The position numbers and the translations under genes are program-made. A stretch of DNA of 64,000 bases from Hydrolagus affinis (Eukaryota), in NCBI GenBank assembly GCA_012026655.1, contig JAAILG010000389.1, positions 1 to 64,000 of the forward strand, given 5' to 3'. The first letter of the stretch is position 1. Every line of letters starts with the position of its first letter. Below, piece by piece: positions 61,301 through 64,000 of the stretch. Under the pieces are notes generated by a model. The model was not told the origin of the DNA, made no database searches, and was given only the letters and a program-made list of their open reading frames with translations.

Positions 61301-62574
61301 CTATTTACACTATACACATGTAATGTTGTTGTTGTGTATTCTGTATTTAGGGCCGTACATACATAGGCCTACTGAAACACTACAATCAGCCTATTAAACA
61401 GACATCTCAGAGAGGGCTTTGGAGAGGTGAAGGTGATTCACAATGGAATTGAGAACAAAGACTTTCAAATACACCAGAGCAGCAGAACAAAAAGGCACAA
61501 AAGGGTTGATGGTCGAAATGATAAAGGGTGGAATAGCCTGACAGTTCAGGACAGAAACCAGGAGATATTTTTTTAGACAGAGACTAATTAACAGCTGAAA
61601 CAACTGAAGGTGGCCGTAAGCACGGTCAAAGAGGAAGATTGTCAGGCGGGTCTTGAAAAGGGGGAGAGAGGGGGCAAGACAGAGGGATTGAGGGAGAGTA
61701 CTCATCTCCACAGCGATCCCATTGACATTTTCGGGGAAAGCACATTATTGCATTTTTCACATCCACTGAAAGACAGCGGTTGGGAGTGAATTGCTTGACC
61801 ATTGGCCTTAATAAAACCGTACCTGGGATAATGGAACGGGAGAAGGGGCCTCTCTGCAGAATGAAAAGAGCAGTAGCTGAGAATTTAATTTGCTGCGAGA
61901 GTACGTTTGGCACTATCGATGTCATTGCCTTTGACAGAAAGTGCAGATTTTCACCCCGTGGTAAGGTATGAGAGAGAGGCTGGTGCAGCCTCACATATCA
62001 ATCAGTTCAGATGTGCTGCGGGCAGAAGGGTTGTCGAGAATATGCTGGTAAAAAAAAAACTTCAAATGGCACAGCAGCAATGATTTATTTATTGAACATG
62101 AATCTAGTACCATTCAATTACCATTAATCGAATATCGTCCCGTACCAGTTTCTGATATTTGCCATTGGCTGACGTATGAAGCACAAGAACAGAGAATTCA
62201 CCACGAGGATCCAGCATGGAGGGGAGGCGGTTGGCATTTAGTTTGAGCATTTTTCTAATTTGAGAAAGCCCTAGCCGCCCAGTTATGAAGACTGGCTGGC
62301 CCCAACTCTGTGAAACTCACTGCAAATCAGCATCCAATGGAATGGGCAGAGCTGAGCAAGACTGTCCCTGCTCTCTTAAACACTTTGCCACTTGCTCCTT
62401 CTCTCTCTGTTTTCAAAACCCTTTTGGAAATGGATCTCTTGGGCCGTGCCTTCAGCTCAAATCTTTAAATTATCCCTCCTCTTCTCCCTCCTGCTCTGTG
62501 CACCTGCTGAGATCTCTCTGGGGAGTCAGGCCCCAGAATGGGACTCACAAACTTCAGGTGAAGGGCAAGAGGGT

Positions 62575-62900
62575 TGCAAGAGGCAGTGCAGAGGAGAGAT
62601 ATGGTGATGTTTCCCAGTGTTAGAGGAATGAGCTACAAGCAACATTCAGGCAAGCTGTAGCTCTTCAGTTTTGAGAGATGATATCTCACAGAGGAGCTTA
62701 TAGAAAGAGACATATCGTATTTTAAATTGGATTGATAATAAAAAAGGCAGAACAATATATTGGGATGCACTTAAGGCAGTAAAAGAGGACATGGGTTTAA
62801 AATCGCAAAGGGCAATTTCAGGGATTTTAAAATAATAAATAATAATAATTTATCTGTATCCAAGATCTTGCAAGTAATGCTTTGGATTGAATCGAGAAAC
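62575..62900 (+). mobile_element. Highly degenerate CR1 ORF2 fragment
   Basis: Remnants of LRGMSY, LFS.ER, RGHG.K and LWIESR in CR1 order. Confidence 0.5.
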
Positions 62901-63290
62901 CAAATTTATAACACAGGATAACAAACAGTGCAATGACTGTACAAGGCACAGGCATCAGAAGAATTCCTTAACCTGTGGCTGTACATTTCTTTTATAGTGA
63001 AACTGCGAAATTGGCAAAATTTACTCAAATTTCCGATTTCACAGGAAATCAGGAGGAGCAAAATTTGAACCTTTTTACTGTAGCATGACCCCCAGTGGTA
63101 GGCTTTGCTCAGTGCAAGACTCTTGTTATTTGTATTGGGAGGATTGACGTCTTTGCGCTTTTGGCAAAGCTGACAAGCCAAGCGGAGGCTGAAGCAAATC
63201 AAATGTGTTGTTATCCGTCAACGCAGTGCGAGGAAAGAGAGTCCCTGATTATCCCACTCATCTCTCTTTTACTACCCCCCACAAAAAGGA

Positions 63291-63390
63291 NNNNNNNNNN
63301 NNNNNNNNNNNNNNNNNNNNNNNNNNNNNNNNNNNNNNNNNNNNNNNNNNNNNNNNNNNNNNNNNNNNNNNNNNNNNNNNNNNNNNNNNN
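63291..63390. other. Assembly gap (100 N)
   Basis: Run of 100 N followed by a G homopolymer. Confidence 0.99.
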
Positions 63391-63454
63391 GGGGGGGGGC
63401 GTAATGTTTTAATGCTTTGGCTGAGATAAAGAGTATTGTCCAACCCTTCATTGT

Positions 63455-63842
63455 CCAGTAGCTCAGTCCAGTAGCTCAGTGGTGAGAGCAGGGTGAAACG
63501 TTGGGCACGTTTCCTTTTACACACACCACTGTTTACCTAATAGAAAGTAAGTACCTGGTTGTTAGACGATTGGCAGATTGCTTTTCTGGGGGTAATAATT
63601 CCTTGAAAAAACAATAATAATTTGGTCACTTAATCTATGACTCTTTGTGAGACTACTGTGTGCAGTTGGCTGCCACGTTTTGTCCACAAAAAAATACAAT
63701 CAATTAATTTTACAGTATATTCTGTGAAGCGCTTTGAGACGTCTCGAATACGTGATTAAATGCTATATCAAATGCAAAGTTTATTATTGTGGGAGGTCCT
63801 CCCGACGGGAAAGGTACTATTTAAATGCAATTTGTCGTTGTG
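63455..63842 (+). mobile_element. tRNA-derived SINE with duplicated A-box start and deleted B-box region, followed by an L2 tail
   Basis: TCCAGTAGCTCAG occurs twice, then GGTGAGAGCAGGGTGAAACG, core and tail. L2 tail at 63795-63842. Confidence 0.85.
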
Positions 63843-64000
63843 ATTACGAGGAAATAAATTTGCAATTTGGAAACTGTGGGTGAGTAAAACAATGGTTCTG
63901 GAAAACCCAAGGATCTCTTATTTGCAAAAGTCATCTTATGGGAGTACGCATCAGACAAGTGCAATGTTGCAGGGCTCCATTAAAATGTCTGGCAACGCTA

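Noticed and set aside
63985-64000. hAT-like terminal sequence TCTGGCAACGCTA at the window end
   Set aside because: No partner inverted repeat was found, and it is too short to support a call.

Overview
Eukaryotic, vertebrate genomic DNA, most likely a cartilaginous fish (inferred from the tRNA/Deu-type SINE, L2 and CR1 repeats and the protein sequences). Most entries in the ORF track are spurious. The real coding content is spliced and lies on the minus strand. Seven consecutive internal exons of DLGAP4 (SAPAP4, GKAP family postsynaptic scaffold) span 60466 to 19382, and the last two coding exons of YAF2 (RYBP/YAF2 family, non-canonical PRC1) span 5588 to 4370. All splice phases check out by hand. 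The DLGAP4 terminal exon and YAF2 exons 1-2 were not found, and the two truncated genes meet across a 100-N gap inside an L2 element (16099-16198). This is either a repeat-mediated scaffold misjoin (more likely) or a real L2-L2 rearrangement. The 35 kb DLGAP4 intron (23960-59383) holds a CpG-island promoter and several phase-compatible candidate alternative first or cassette exons that would give short DLGAP4 isoforms different N-termini. The rest is SINEs, L2 and CR1 fragments, Tc1/pogo-type MITEs and nested insertions. No rRNA, true tRNA gene or CRISPR array was seen. Repeat boundaries are approximate unless TIRs or TSDs are given.
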